A stretch of DNA of 64,000 bases from Sphingorhabdus sp. (GTDB lineage Bacteria > Pseudomonadota > Alphaproteobacteria > Sphingomonadales > Sphingomonadaceae), in assembly GCF_046154385.1 (NCBI RefSeq), contig NZ_JBJXFW010000006.1, forward strand, positions 38,705 through 102,704, written 5' to 3'. Position 1 is the first letter of the stretch. Each line of letters starts with the position of its first letter. Positions 21,438-30,520 of this stretch are shown here, piece by piece. The notes beneath the pieces were generated by a model that had not been told where the DNA came from, made no database searches, and worked only from the letters and a program-made list of their open reading frames with translations. The translations under genes and the position numbers were made by a program.

Positions 21438-21579
21438 TATTTTATACCTCCGGCCTTGCTTCAACCATTCGATCAAGAAAATTGCAATTTAACATTGCAC
21501 AAGACTTGAGGCTGAGATCGAGTTAGATCAATAATGAGACACGAAGAACCCGAGTTTTGTTACAGGAGCGAAAAATCCC

Positions 21580-21900
21580 ATGCTGATGACCACCACATCC
21601 TCCATCGAAGGCCAACCTGTCCGCCAATATCTGGGCGTTGTAACGGGCGAAGTCATTGTGGGTGCCAATATCTTCAAGGATCTGTTTGCCGGCATCCGCG
21701 ATATCGTCGGTGGCCGATCGGGGGCGTATGAAAGCTCGCTTCGCGATGCCCGCCAGACCGCGCTTGCCGAACTGGCCGACGAAGCCCGCAATCTGGGCGC
21801 GGACGGCGTCATCGGCATCGACCTGGATTACGAGGTATTGGGCAAGGAAGGATCCATGCTGATGGTCACTGCGTCGGGCACGGCGGTGAAGCTGGGATAA
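21580..21900 (+). CDS. ybjQ: YbjQ/UPF0145-family protein
   Basis: 106 aa. [47 protein letters not shown]...[14 protein letters not shown] is the characteristic YbjQ sequence. Confidence 0.85.
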   Translation: MLMTTTSSIEGQPVRQYLGVVTGEVIVGANIFKDLFAGIRDIVGGRSGAYESSLRDARQTALAELADEARNLGADGVIGIDLDYEVLGKEGSMLMVTASGTAVKLG

Positions 21901-21977
21901 GCGCCCCGCTTGCCCTTGCCCCCGTCCCTGTTGTAAGGGCGCGCCTTCACTTCACTTTAGCTTCAAAGAAAAGAGCC

Positions 21978-22721
21978 ATGGCAGGCCATAGTAAATTCAA
22001 AAATATCCAGCATCGCAAAGGCGCGCAGGATAAAAAACGATCGGCTCAATTTTCCAAATTGAGCCGCGAAATCACCGTTGCTGCGAAAATGGGCATGCCC
22101 GATCCGGACATGAACCCGAGGCTGCGGCTGGCGGTCAACGCCGCCAAGGCGCAATCAATGCCGAAGGATAATATCCAGCGCGCGATTGACAAGGCAGCAG
22201 CAGCAGGTGGTGAAGACTATGAAGAAATGCGCTATGAAGGCTATGGCCCGGGCGGCGTTGCTGTCATCGTCGAGGCGCTGACCGATAATCGCAACCGCAC
22301 GGCAACGAATGTACGCACCGCTTTTGCCAAAAATGGTGGCAATCTTGGGGCGTCTGGCGCGGTGAGCCATGGTTTCGACCGGATGGGTTTGATTACATAT
22401 CCCGCAAACGTCGGTAATGCAGATGCAGTTTTCGAAGCGGCTCTGGAAGCTGGTGCCGAAGATGTGGAATCTGGCGAAGACGAACACAGCATCTGGACGG
22501 CAATGGACAGCTTGCACGAAGTTGCCAAAGCGTTGGAAACGACGTTGGGTGCAGCAGAAAGTGCCAGCCTTGCATGGAAGCCACAATTGCTCGTTGAAGT
22601 CGACGAAGCCAATGCCGCGACATTGCTCAAAATGATCGACGCGCTTGAGGAAGATGACGACGTCCAGACAGTCTGGGGCAATTACGACATGTCGGACGAG
22701 GTCATGGCGAAGCTTGGATGA
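21978..22721 (+). CDS. yebC: YebC/PmpR-family transcriptional regulator
   Basis: [37 protein letters not shown] is the canonical YebC N-terminus. Precedes ruvC, as is common. Confidence 0.93.
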   Translation: MAGHSKFKNIQHRKGAQDKKRSAQFSKLSREITVAAKMGMPDPDMNPRLRLAVNAAKAQSMPKDNIQRAIDKAAAAGGEDYEEMRYEGYGPGGVAVIVEALTDNRNRTATNVRTAFAKNGGNLGASGAVSHGFDRMGLITYPANVGNADAVFEAALEAGAEDVESGEDEHSIWTAMDSLHEVAKALETTLGAAESASLAWKPQLLVEVDEANAATLLKMIDALEEDDDVQTVWGNYDMSDEVMAKLG

Positions 22722-23188
22722 TAATCCTCGGGCTTGACCCCGGCCTGGGTACGACCGGCTGGGGCGTCATTCGCAAGGAAGGCAACCGCCTTTCGCATAT
22801 CGACAATGGCGAGATTGATACAGACGCCAAGCTGCCGCTGGCAAACCGCCTGCTGCTGCTGGATGCCAAGCTGAACGCGGTGATCGACAGCTTCCGTCCC
22901 GATGCGGTTGCGGTCGAAGAAGTGTTCGTGAACAAAAACCCGCAGACGACATTGAAGCTCGGTCAGGCGCGAGGTGTTGTTCTGCTCGGCGCGGCAAAGG
23001 CGCGGGTCGTTGTCACCGAATATGCCGCGCGGCTCGTCAAGAAATCAGTCGTCGGCACAGGCAAGGCCGACAAAGAGCAAATTCAGGCGATGTTACGTAT
23101 TTTGCTGCCCGGCCTGAAATTGGCTGGGCCAGACGCGGCTGACGCGCTCGCTGTAGCAATTACCCACGCGCACCACATTCGGCGTTAG
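22718..23188 (+). CDS. ruvC: Crossover junction endodeoxyribonuclease RuvC
   Basis: [18 protein letters not shown]... and ...[22 protein letters not shown]... contain the RuvC catalytic Asp/Glu blocks. ATGA overlap with yebC. Confidence 0.93.
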   Translation: MIILGLDPGLGTTGWGVIRKEGNRLSHIDNGEIDTDAKLPLANRLLLLDAKLNAVIDSFRPDAVAVEEVFVNKNPQTTLKLGQARGVVLLGAAKARVVVTEYAARLVKKSVVGTGKADKEQIQAMLRILLPGLKLAGPDAADALAVAITHAHHIRR

Positions 23189-23202
23189 TTCACTTATTGT
23201 TC
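23188..23202. promoter_or_regulatory. Alphaproteobacterial LexA (SOS) box GTTC-N7-GTTC upstream of ruvA
   Basis: GTTCacttattGTTC starts on the last base of the ruvC stop codon, 58 nt upstream of the ruvA ATG. Confidence 0.65.
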
Positions 23203-23259
23203 TCTTTTTCTTGCTCTTGAACTTTTGGCAGGCTACCTGTTGGACATGAAGGGGTGGAC

Positions 23260-23868
23260 ATGATCGCAAAGCTTTACGGTCGGATTGACGAAACGGGCGT
23301 GGACCATCTGGTCATCGACGTAAATGGCGTCGGTTATCTGGTGCAGGCAAGCGCGCGGACATTGGCGGCGCTTGGCAAGGCCGACGATTTCGCCACCGTA
23401 TTCACCGAAATGCAGGTCAGCGAAAACGACATGCGCCTCATCGGCTTTGCCACGCGCGAAGAACGCGACTGGTTCCGCCTTTTGACTGGCGTGCAGGGCG
23501 TGGGCGGCAAGGTGGGACTTGCGATATTGTCTGCCATCGAACCACAGGATCTCGCGCTTGCGATTGGCAGCGGCGACGCCGCGATGGTCGCGCGCGCCAA
23601 TGGCGTCGGGCCGAAACTCGCTAGCCGCATTGTCAATGAATTGAAGGATAAGGTCGGCGCGTTGGCCGGTATCGGCGGCGGGGCAAAATTGATGTCCGGC
23701 GGAACGGCCAGCGGCGGCCATGCGGGCGATGCCCTTTCCGCGCTCGCCAATCTGGGCTTCAAACCGGGCGAGGCGAGCTCTGCCGTAGCATTGGCGGTCG
23801 AGGAATTGGGCGCGGATGCGAGTTTGGATGCGCTGGTCCGGCTGGCGTTGAAGAAGGCTTCGAAGTGA
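23260..23868 (+). CDS. ruvA: Holliday junction branch migration complex subunit RuvA
   Basis: [28 protein letters not shown]... and the helix-hairpin-helix region ...[20 protein letters not shown].... ATG 23260 is preferred over the GTG at 23254. Confidence 0.93.
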   Translation: MIAKLYGRIDETGVDHLVIDVNGVGYLVQASARTLAALGKADDFATVFTEMQVSENDMRLIGFATREERDWFRLLTGVQGVGGKVGLAILSAIEPQDLALAIGSGDAAMVARANGVGPKLASRIVNELKDKVGALAGIGGGAKLMSGGTASGGHAGDALSALANLGFKPGEASSAVALAVEELGADASLDALVRLALKKASK

Positions 23869-23894
23869 GTGTTGCTATAAAAATGATAATTTTC

Positions 23895-23922
23895 TCGACA
23901 AATTTGCACAAATTTGTATATT
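23895..23922 (+). promoter_or_regulatory. Sigma70-like promoter with twin CAAATTTG palindromes (putative ParD operator)
   Basis: TCGACA (23895-23900), a 16-nt spacer, then TATATT (23917-23922). The spacer contains two copies of the self-complementary octamer CAAATTTG (23899-23906 and 23909-23916). AT-rich island between ruvA and parD. Confidence 0.5.
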
Positions 23923-23928
23923 CCATTG

Positions 23929-24192
23929 ATGCCACAGATGAATCTCTCTCTTCCGCCAGCACTCAAGAGTTGGGTCGATCACAAAGTTTCCGAAGGGCGC
24001 TACAGCAGCGCCAGCGATTATGTGCGCGATCTGGTGCGGCGGGATCAAGAGGCCGCAACGACCGAAACCGAATGGTTACGGGGATTGATTGCCGAGGGGC
24101 TCGCGTCGGGTGTGGTCGATGAAGAGCCGGAAGACGTCATCGAAAAAATTATTGCCCGACGTAAAGCGCGAACGCGTAAAGCTGCGGCTTAG
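23929..24192 (+). CDS. parD: ParD-family antitoxin (ribbon-helix-helix)
   Basis: MNLSLPPALKSWVDHKVSEGRYSSASDYVRDLVRRDQE matches the ParD1/3/4-type antitoxin consensus as I remember it (...SLP..l..wv...v..GrY.s.SdyvRdLiRrDqe). Start could be ATG 23929 or 23938; no SD was seen. Confidence 0.8.
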   Translation: MPQMNLSLPPALKSWVDHKVSEGRYSSASDYVRDLVRRDQEAATTETEWLRGLIAEGLASGVVDEEPEDVIEKIIARRKARTRKAAA

Positions 24193-24478
24193 CAGTTCGG
24201 CGGAGGCAGACTTAGACAGCATTGATGCCTATAGCTTTGAACAGTTCGGCGAAGACATCGCTGACGCTTATATGCGCGGCTTCGACGAACTATTTGACTT
24301 GCTTCGACTTCTCCCAAAGGCTGGTGTAACAGCATCAGATTTAGGCAGAGGTATCCGCAAATTGACACACCGGCAGCACCGTATTTTTTACACTGCGAAA
24401 GGTAATTTGGTGTTCATTGCTCGAATCGTGCACCATGCGATGGATGCAAAGCGGGCGTTAAAGGGGATGGAGCGGTGA
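24152..24478 (+). CDS. parE: ParE/RelE-family toxin (start uncertain)
   Basis: KLRLSSSAEADLDSIDAYSFEQFGEDIADAYMRGFDELFDLL...HRIFYTAKGNLVFIARIVHHAMD is the typical ParE layout. Candidate in-frame starts are TTG 24152 and ATG 24119; both overlap the parD 3' end. Confidence 0.75.
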   Translation: MPDVKRERVKLRLSSSAEADLDSIDAYSFEQFGEDIADAYMRGFDELFDLLRLLPKAGVTASDLGRGIRKLTHRQHRIFYTAKGNLVFIARIVHHAMDAKRALKGMER

Positions 24479-24873
24479 CGTTGGTACGAGCCGCCACGTG
24501 CCGTTGCGGCCAGTTGTCGGTTGCGTGCACGGGGGAACCGATGCGCATTTCGGTCTGTCATTGTTTGAAATGCCAGCAAAGATCAGGAAGTTCTTTCACA
24601 GCCCAAGCGCGCTTTCCCGACTCGGCGGTTTCCATAACCGGCGTTTCAAAATTATACGATCATCCAGGCGATAGCGGTGCTGTTGGCAAATTTTATTTCT
24701 GCCCGAATTGCGGTGCGACCGTCTTTTATAAGGCAGGGCCATTTCCCAATTTGACAGCGGTGGCGATTGGCGCGTTTGCCGATCCATCCTTCGGTGCGCC
24801 GTCAGTATCGATTTACGAAAATCGCAAACACAAATGGGTAGAGATTGTCGGGGATAGCATCGATCATGACTGA
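24475..24873 (+). CDS. GFA/CENP-V-family zinc-binding protein
   Basis: Cysteine pattern CRCGQL...[12 protein letters not shown]...FCPNCG is characteristic of the GFA family. The GTG start overlaps the parE stop (GTGA). Its stop overlaps the ruvB start by 8 nt. Confidence 0.8.
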   Translation: MTLVRAATCRCGQLSVACTGEPMRISVCHCLKCQQRSGSSFTAQARFPDSAVSITGVSKLYDHPGDSGAVGKFYFCPNCGATVFYKAGPFPNLTAVAIGAFADPSFGAPSVSIYENRKHKWVEIVGDSIDHD

Positions 24874-25888
24874 CAACCCCCACCTCACCCCTATGCGCAA
24901 GCCCGAAGATGTCGATGCCGCTCTGCGGCCCAAGACGCTCGCCGAATTCATTGGCCAAGCGGCCGCGCGAGATAATTTGCGGGTGTTTATCGAGGCGGCG
25001 AAAGGTCGCGGGCAGCCGCTTGACCATGTCCTGTTTTTTGGACCACCGGGTTTGGGCAAGACCACATTGGCGCAGATTGTCGCCAAGGAAATGGGCGTGG
25101 GATTCCGTGCGACGTCAGGTCCCGTGATTGCAAAATCGGGAGATCTTGCGGCGCTGCTGACCAATTTGGAAGATGGCGACGTTTTGTTCATCGACGAAAT
25201 CCACCGGCTAAGTCCGGTGGTCGAGGAAATTCTCTATCCTGCCATGGAGGACCGCGCGCTTGATATCATGATCGGCGAGGGGCCATCGGCGCGGTCGGTG
25301 CGGATCGATTTGCCCGCCTTTACGCTGGTCGGGGCGACAACGCGGCAGGGACTGCTCACGACGCCGTTGCGCGACCGTTTCGGAATTCCGGTGCGGCTGA
25401 ATTTCTACACCCATGCCGAACTGGAACTGGTTGTGACCCGTGCCGCCCGCTTGCTCGATCTGGGCATTGCGCCCGACGGCGCGAATGAGATTGCCAAGCG
25501 CGCACGAGGGACCCCCCGCATCGCGGGTCGTTTGCTGCGCCGAGTGCGCGACTTCGCCAATGTTGCAGGCGAACCGGTGGTCACCGCAAAAATCGCAGAC
25601 GCCGCGCTCAATCGGCTGGAGGTCGACGCGCTAGGACTGGATGCAATGGATCGGCGATATCTGCATATGATTGCCGACATCTACCGCGGCGGACCGGTCG
25701 GTGTCGAAGCGTTAGCCGCGGGCTTATCGGAACCACGCGATACAATCGAGGATGTGGTGGAACCTTATCTGTTGCAACTCGGCCTCATCGCCCGCACCGC
25801 ACGTGGCCGCGCGCTTAATGCACCGGGATGGAAGCATCTGGGCCTCAACCCGCCCGCAGGATCGCAAGACGGGTTGTTTGACAAATAG
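24866..25888 (+). CDS. ruvB: Holliday junction DNA helicase RuvB
   Basis: [12 protein letters not shown]..., Walker [12 protein letters not shown], Walker [10 protein letters not shown], and ...[19 protein letters not shown].... Confidence 0.96.
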   Translation: MTDNPHLTPMRKPEDVDAALRPKTLAEFIGQAAARDNLRVFIEAAKGRGQPLDHVLFFGPPGLGKTTLAQIVAKEMGVGFRATSGPVIAKSGDLAALLTNLEDGDVLFIDEIHRLSPVVEEILYPAMEDRALDIMIGEGPSARSVRIDLPAFTLVGATTRQGLLTTPLRDRFGIPVRLNFYTHAELELVVTRAARLLDLGIAPDGANEIAKRARGTPRIAGRLLRRVRDFANVAGEPVVTAKIADAALNRLEVDALGLDAMDRRYLHMIADIYRGGPVGVEALAAGLSEPRDTIEDVVEPYLLQLGLIARTARGRALNAPGWKHLGLNPPAGSQDGLFDK

Positions 25889-25979
25889 CAGATAGACCGA
25901 CTCTTTCGGGCGATAAGTTGAGGATTTGCCTGCCAAACCCCCTTTCGGTCTGTGAATCCTTGCGGTAAGCCATTGACCG

Positions 25980-26432
25980 ATGTCCCCGCCCCAACCCTAT
26001 CAAGGCCATTTTGACGGCACGCGGCATTATTTTGCGGTCCGCGTCTATTTCGAGGACACCGATTTTTCGGGTGTGGTTTATCATGCACGCTATCTGCACT
26101 TCATGGAACGGGCACGCTCTGACATGTTGGCGTGCGTCGGCATCGACCAACGGCGCGTACATGAAGAGGGCGCAGGCGCCTATGCCGTGACCGAAATGCA
26201 TATCAAATACCGCCGTCCGGCACATTTTGACGATGCGCTAGTTGTTGTCAGCACGGTGGAGGCCGTCCGTGCGGCAAGTTGCGACATTCATCAAACAGTA
26301 ATGCGTGGCGGTGAAATACTGATCGAGGCAACCGTTACGGCCGCGTTTGTATCCCCCGACGGCAAGCCACGCCGGCAACCCGCCCACTGGGTAGCTGCGT
26401 TCCAGCCGATATTGAACCAGACAGCCAAATAA
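25980..26432 (+). CDS. ybgC: Tol-Pal-associated acyl-CoA thioesterase YbgC
   Basis: VRVYFEDTDFSGVVYHARYLHFMERAR is the 4HBT hot-dog thioesterase motif. Sits directly upstream of tolQ. Confidence 0.88.
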   Translation: MSPPQPYQGHFDGTRHYFAVRVYFEDTDFSGVVYHARYLHFMERARSDMLACVGIDQRRVHEEGAGAYAVTEMHIKYRRPAHFDDALVVVSTVEAVRAASCDIHQTVMRGGEILIEATVTAAFVSPDGKPRRQPAHWVAAFQPILNQTAK

Positions 26433-26440
26433 GGACGCCC

Positions 26441-27136
26441 ATGAATTTTGTTTTAGCAGCACAAGTCGTAAATTTCTCTCCCATCACCTTGTTTATGGAT
26501 GCCGACTGGGTGGTAAAGGCCGTAATTATCGGATTGGCGTTGGCCAGCATCTGGGCATGGGCCATCATTATCAGCTTCACCGTGAAAATGGCGCGCATAA
26601 ATAAAGAGACCCAAAAGTTCGAACGCGATTTTGGTGCGAGCAGCGACATAGACGGTTTTTATAATGGCTATGGCAAAAGCGAACTGCCCGTGGCGCGGGT
26701 GTTTGCGGCCGGTGTTGCGGAATGGCGGCGATCGACCAATGGCCGAAACATCGACCGCGCCGGAACGCGCGAACGGCTGGCAACGGCGATGGACGCAACC
26801 ATTGCGGCCGAAACCGACAAGCTCGCCAACCGGTTGAACTTTCTGGCGACGACCGGTTCTGTTGCACCCTTTGTCGGTTTGTTTGGCACCGTTTGGGGAA
26901 TCATGCGCAGCTTTGCAGCCATTGCCGCCGAACAAAACAGCTCACTCGCCGTGGTCGCGCCTGGGATTGCCGAAGCATTGTTCGCCACCGCAATCGGCCT
27001 GTTTGCCGCCATTCCGGCGGTCATCGCCTACAACCGTTTTTCGCACCGGCTGAACCAGTATGAGGCGCGCATGGGTCGCTTTGCCGACGGATTCCACGGC
27101 ACGTTGAGCCGCGAACTGGAACGGGAAAGCAACTGA
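26441..27136 (+). CDS. tolQ: Tol-Pal system protein TolQ
   Basis: MotA/TolQ/ExbB channel family. ...LATTGSVAPFVGLFGTVWGIMRSF...APGIAEALFATAIGLFAAIPAVIAYN. Confidence 0.93.
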   Translation: MNFVLAAQVVNFSPITLFMDADWVVKAVIIGLALASIWAWAIIISFTVKMARINKETQKFERDFGASSDIDGFYNGYGKSELPVARVFAAGVAEWRRSTNGRNIDRAGTRERLATAMDATIAAETDKLANRLNFLATTGSVAPFVGLFGTVWGIMRSFAAIAAEQNSSLAVVAPGIAEALFATAIGLFAAIPAVIAYNRFSHRLNQYEARMGRFADGFHGTLSRELERESN

Positions 27137-27591
27137 TGGCGATGAACCTATCCTCCGGCGGTGGACGCAGGCGGGGTCGGGGTGGACGGCGCGCTCCGAT
27201 GGCGGAGATCAACGTCACGCCGCTAGTCGATGTCATGCTGGTGTTGCTGATCATCTTCATGGTGACGGCCCCCTTGCTGGTCACCGGCGTGCCGGTCGAG
27301 CTTCCCGAAAGCCGCGCAAATGCCCTCGACCAGAAGGACGAACCGATTGAGATCGCCATCGACAAGGATGGCGTGACCTTCATCGACGGAACCGAAGTCG
27401 GCCCGGGTGACCTGCCCGCACGGCTGGAAGAGATTGCGGCTGCGCAAGATGAAAACACGCCGCGGCAGATCATGCTGCGCGGCGACACGACAATCAGCTA
27501 CGGCCAGATGATGCGGGTGATGGGCGAGTTGAACCGTGCGGGGCTGAACAGCGTCAGTCTGGTCACCACAGGTTCATCTGGTGAAAACTAG
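27136..27591 (+). CDS. tolR: Tol-Pal system protein TolR
   Basis: ExbD/TolR family. MAEINVTPLVDVMLVLLIIFMVTAP. ATGA overlap with tolQ. Confidence 0.92.
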   Translation: MAMNLSSGGGRRRGRGGRRAPMAEINVTPLVDVMLVLLIIFMVTAPLLVTGVPVELPESRANALDQKDEPIEIAIDKDGVTFIDGTEVGPGDLPARLEEIAAAQDENTPRQIMLRGDTTISYGQMMRVMGELNRAGLNSVSLVTTGSSGEN

Positions 27592-27602
27592 GCAGTAGGG
27601 CG

Positions 27603-28430
27603 ATGGACCGGGCGGAGAAACTGGGATTGGGCGCTGCCGTTGGTGGCCATGTCGTGCTGCTCGGCGCGATGGCGCTTGGCCTGATGATGTCCGCAGAACC
27701 CGTCACAAAGCCCGAAGCCATCTCGGTCTCGCTGGTCGGCGAGATTGCCGATGTCTCGACCGCGCCGGACGCGATCCAGGAAGAATCCGCACCCCCTGCG
27801 CCGGGCGAAATCGAACCGGCTGAGCCGCCGCCAAGTCCGGCGATGCAGATCGAACGGCCGGTTGAAAAGCCGCAGGCCAAGCCTGTGGCAAAACCATTGG
27901 CGCGCGATACGCCGCCTCCGGCAAAGACCGCGGCCAAAAAAGTCGCCGTCAAGCAGCCGCCTGCGAAAAGCAACACCGCCGCGGCGAAGAGCGGGAAAGC
28001 GACGACCCCTGCCAAGCCGGGCGGATTTAGCCAAAGTTTCGAAGATAGCATGAACGCCATCGGCAAGGCCCCGGGCGCGGGCAAGGCGGTTGGAACGCCG
28101 GCGGCGAAAACGGCTTCTGAGGTTCGCCGGTCGGTCAGCGTGTCGCTCGCCAGCCAGATCCGCGCCCGCGTCCGCGCCTGTGCGCCTTCGGGGGTTGAGA
28201 TCAACAAGATCGAAACCTTCGTCACGCTCAATCTTGAGCCGGGCGGGCGGCTGACTTCAGTTCGCTTTGACAAGCAGGTTGGGGTAAACGATAGCAATCA
28301 ACCACAGGCCGCGCCGCTAAAGGATTGTATATTGCAGGCGGTTCGCGCCGCATCTCCGTTTGAAGGGCTTGACCCGGAATATCACGATATATGGAAGACC
28401 CACGCACTCAGACTTCGCGCCACAGGATAG
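27603..28430 (+). CDS. tolA: TolA-like cell-envelope integrity protein
   Basis: N-terminal TM helix, a long Pro/Ala/Lys-rich linker, and a C-terminal globular domain. The position between tolR and tolB supports the call. Confidence 0.8.
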   Translation: MDRAEKLGLGAAVGGHVVLLGAMALGLMMSAEPVTKPEAISVSLVGEIADVSTAPDAIQEESAPPAPGEIEPAEPPPSPAMQIERPVEKPQAKPVAKPLARDTPPPAKTAAKKVAVKQPPAKSNTAAAKSGKATTPAKPGGFSQSFEDSMNAIGKAPGAGKAVGTPAAKTASEVRRSVSVSLASQIRARVRACAPSGVEINKIETFVTLNLEPGGRLTSVRFDKQVGVNDSNQPQAAPLKDCILQAVRAASPFEGLDPEYHDIWKTHALRLRATG

Positions 28431-28449
28431 AGATCAGGCGGATAAAGGA

Positions 28450-29826
28450 ATGAAACGACCAATGCCCACGACCCTTTACCAAAAATTGGCTGCATTTTTT
28501 GCGCTGTTCCTGGTAACTTTTGCCGCACAGGCACAAGCGCAAGACGCGGCACCAACGATGCCTGCGGACGAACCGGAACTGGTCGAATTTGATACGGCCA
28601 AAACCCGCTCCATCGCCGTCCCTGCCCTCGTTGCGCCCGCGCCTGCCGACACGCCAGCGGGCAACAGCACCGCGCTGGGTCGTCAGATTGCGGAGGTGAT
28701 TTCATCCGACCTGCGCGCATCGGGCGTGTTTGAAACGCAAGGGCCTAATGGTCTGCGCGCCATCGACTTGCCCGAAGTCACCGCACCGCAATTCGATTAT
28801 TGGAAAGCACGTCCGGTCGAACAGCTGGTGCAGGGCTTTGTCCGCGTGGGTGGCGACGGCAATCTGACCGTGGGCTGTTATCTATATGATGTCGGCTTTG
28901 GCAATGAAACAACGCGTCTTGGCTTTAACGTGCCGCCGCGTGAATGGCGCCGCGCCGCACATAAATGCGCCGATGCGATCTATTCGAAACTGACCGGCGA
29001 GCTGCCCTTTTTCGACAGCCGCATCGCTTATATTGCCGAAACCGGTCCCAAGGGCAAACGGGTCAAGCGCCTTGCCATCATGGATTCGGACGGTGCCAAT
29101 CACCGTTTCATCACCAATGGCCAGTCGACCGCGCTGACCCCGCGTTTCTCGCCCAATTACAAGTCGATCCTGTATCTGTCCTATGTTGACGGCAATCCGC
29201 GGATCTATGTGTATGATATCGACGCCGGACGGCAGCGGTTGATCACGCAATCGCGTAACCCGACCTTTGCGCCGCGTTGGTCACCCGACGGGCAGACGAT
29301 CCTCTATTCAATGGCGGTTTCGGGCAACACGGATATCTACAAGATCCCGGCCTCGGGCAATGGTACACCCGTGAAACTGACCAGTTCGCCCAGCATTGAC
29401 GTCGGCGGAAGCTTTTCCCCCGACGGCCGCCAGATCGTGTTTGAAAGCGACCGTTCCGGCAGCCAGCAAATCTATGTCATGAACGCCGATGGCTCAAACC
29501 AGCGCCGGATCAGCTTTGGCCAGGGCCGCTATGCCACCCCAGAATGGAGCCCGCGCGCCGACCTGATTGCCTATACACGCATCGCGGGCGATTTCCGCGT
29601 AGGCACGATGCGGCCCGACGGTTCCGGCGAACGGCTGCTCACCGACAGTTGGCAGGACGAGGCACCCACCTGGGCACCCAATGGCCGTGTCATCCAGTTC
29701 TTCCGTACTGCGAAAGCTAGTGGTAAAACAAGCATATGGCAGGTAGACTTGACCGGATCGAACGAACGCAAATTACCCACGCCGGTCGATGGTTCCGACC
29801 CGGCATGGGGGCCGGTATTGCCGTAA
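28450..29826 (+). CDS. tolB: Tol-Pal system beta-propeller protein TolB
   Basis: Signal peptide MKRPMPTTLYQKLAAFFALFLVTFAAQAQA. Repeated ...PRWSPDG..., ...SFSPDGRQIVFESDRSG... and ...PEWSPR... propeller blades. Confidence 0.95.
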   Translation: MKRPMPTTLYQKLAAFFALFLVTFAAQAQAQDAAPTMPADEPELVEFDTAKTRSIAVPALVAPAPADTPAGNSTALGRQIAEVISSDLRASGVFETQGPNGLRAIDLPEVTAPQFDYWKARPVEQLVQGFVRVGGDGNLTVGCYLYDVGFGNETTRLGFNVPPREWRRAAHKCADAIYSKLTGELPFFDSRIAYIAETGPKGKRVKRLAIMDSDGANHRFITNGQSTALTPRFSPNYKSILYLSYVDGNPRIYVYDIDAGRQRLITQSRNPTFAPRWSPDGQTILYSMAVSGNTDIYKIPASGNGTPVKLTSSPSIDVGGSFSPDGRQIVFESDRSGSQQIYVMNADGSNQRRISFGQGRYATPEWSPRADLIAYTRIAGDFRVGTMRPDGSGERLLTDSWQDEAPTWAPNGRVIQFFRTAKASGKTSIWQVDLTGSNERKLPTPVDGSDPAWGPVLP

Positions 29827-29877
29827 CAATATGTCGAATTCCAAATCAAGCGGGGCTCGAAAAGAAGGAGAAAGCCG

Positions 29878-30408
29878 ATGAGAAACAACAGTATCAAGGG
29901 ATTGGCATTTTTGCTGGCATCCGCGTCATTGGTCGCAGGTTGCGGCAAAAAGGATGTAGAGGTGCTTCCGCCTGTCGCGGAAAATACCAATTATGGCCAA
30001 CCACCCGCCGAGACCAGCCCGGTCACCAACACTATTCAGCCGGGAAGCCAGGAAGATTTCCTGCAAACAGTAGGTCAATTTGGCGACCGTATCCTGTTTG
30101 ATACCGACCGCTTCAATGTCGACACCGACGATCAGGCTACGTTGCAAGTTCAGGCGCAATGGCTTGCCCGCTATCCTAATACGAGAATTACTGTTGAAGG
30201 CCATGCCGACGAGCGTGGAACCCGCGACTATAACCTTGCTTTGGGCGAACGGCGCGCCAACTCGGCAAAAAATTATCTGATATCGGTGGGTGTCGATGCC
30301 AGCCGGATCCAGACTGTCAGCTATGGCAAGGAACGCCCGCAGGCGCTGGGTTCGGATGAGCAAAGCTGGGCGCAAAACCGCCGCGCGGTTACCGTAACCG
30401 TTCAATAA
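29878..30408 (+). CDS. pal: Peptidoglycan-associated lipoprotein Pal (OmpA family)
   Basis: Lipobox LVAGC. OmpA-like domain ITVEGHADERGTRDYNLALGERRANSAKNYL. AAGGAG RBS. Confidence 0.95.
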   Translation: MRNNSIKGLAFLLASASLVAGCGKKDVEVLPPVAENTNYGQPPAETSPVTNTIQPGSQEDFLQTVGQFGDRILFDTDRFNVDTDDQATLQVQAQWLARYPNTRITVEGHADERGTRDYNLALGERRANSAKNYLISVGVDASRIQTVSYGKERPQALGSDEQSWAQNRRAVTVTVQ

Positions 30409-30416
30409 GTGCCGAT

Positions 30417-30450
30417 GCGACGCGCTTTTGTCGAAGCGCGTCGCCCTTTG
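30417..30450 (+). terminator. Hairpin after pal (possible terminator, weak T tract)
   Basis: GCGACGCGCTT-ttgtcg-AAGCGCGTCGC followed by CCTTTG. Confidence 0.45.
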
Positions 30451-30520
30451 ACATCGCTGTTCTTGACAAATCCAAGCCCTTCCGCGCATGTTTTGCAGGT
30501 TATAAAGGGGCATTGAATTT

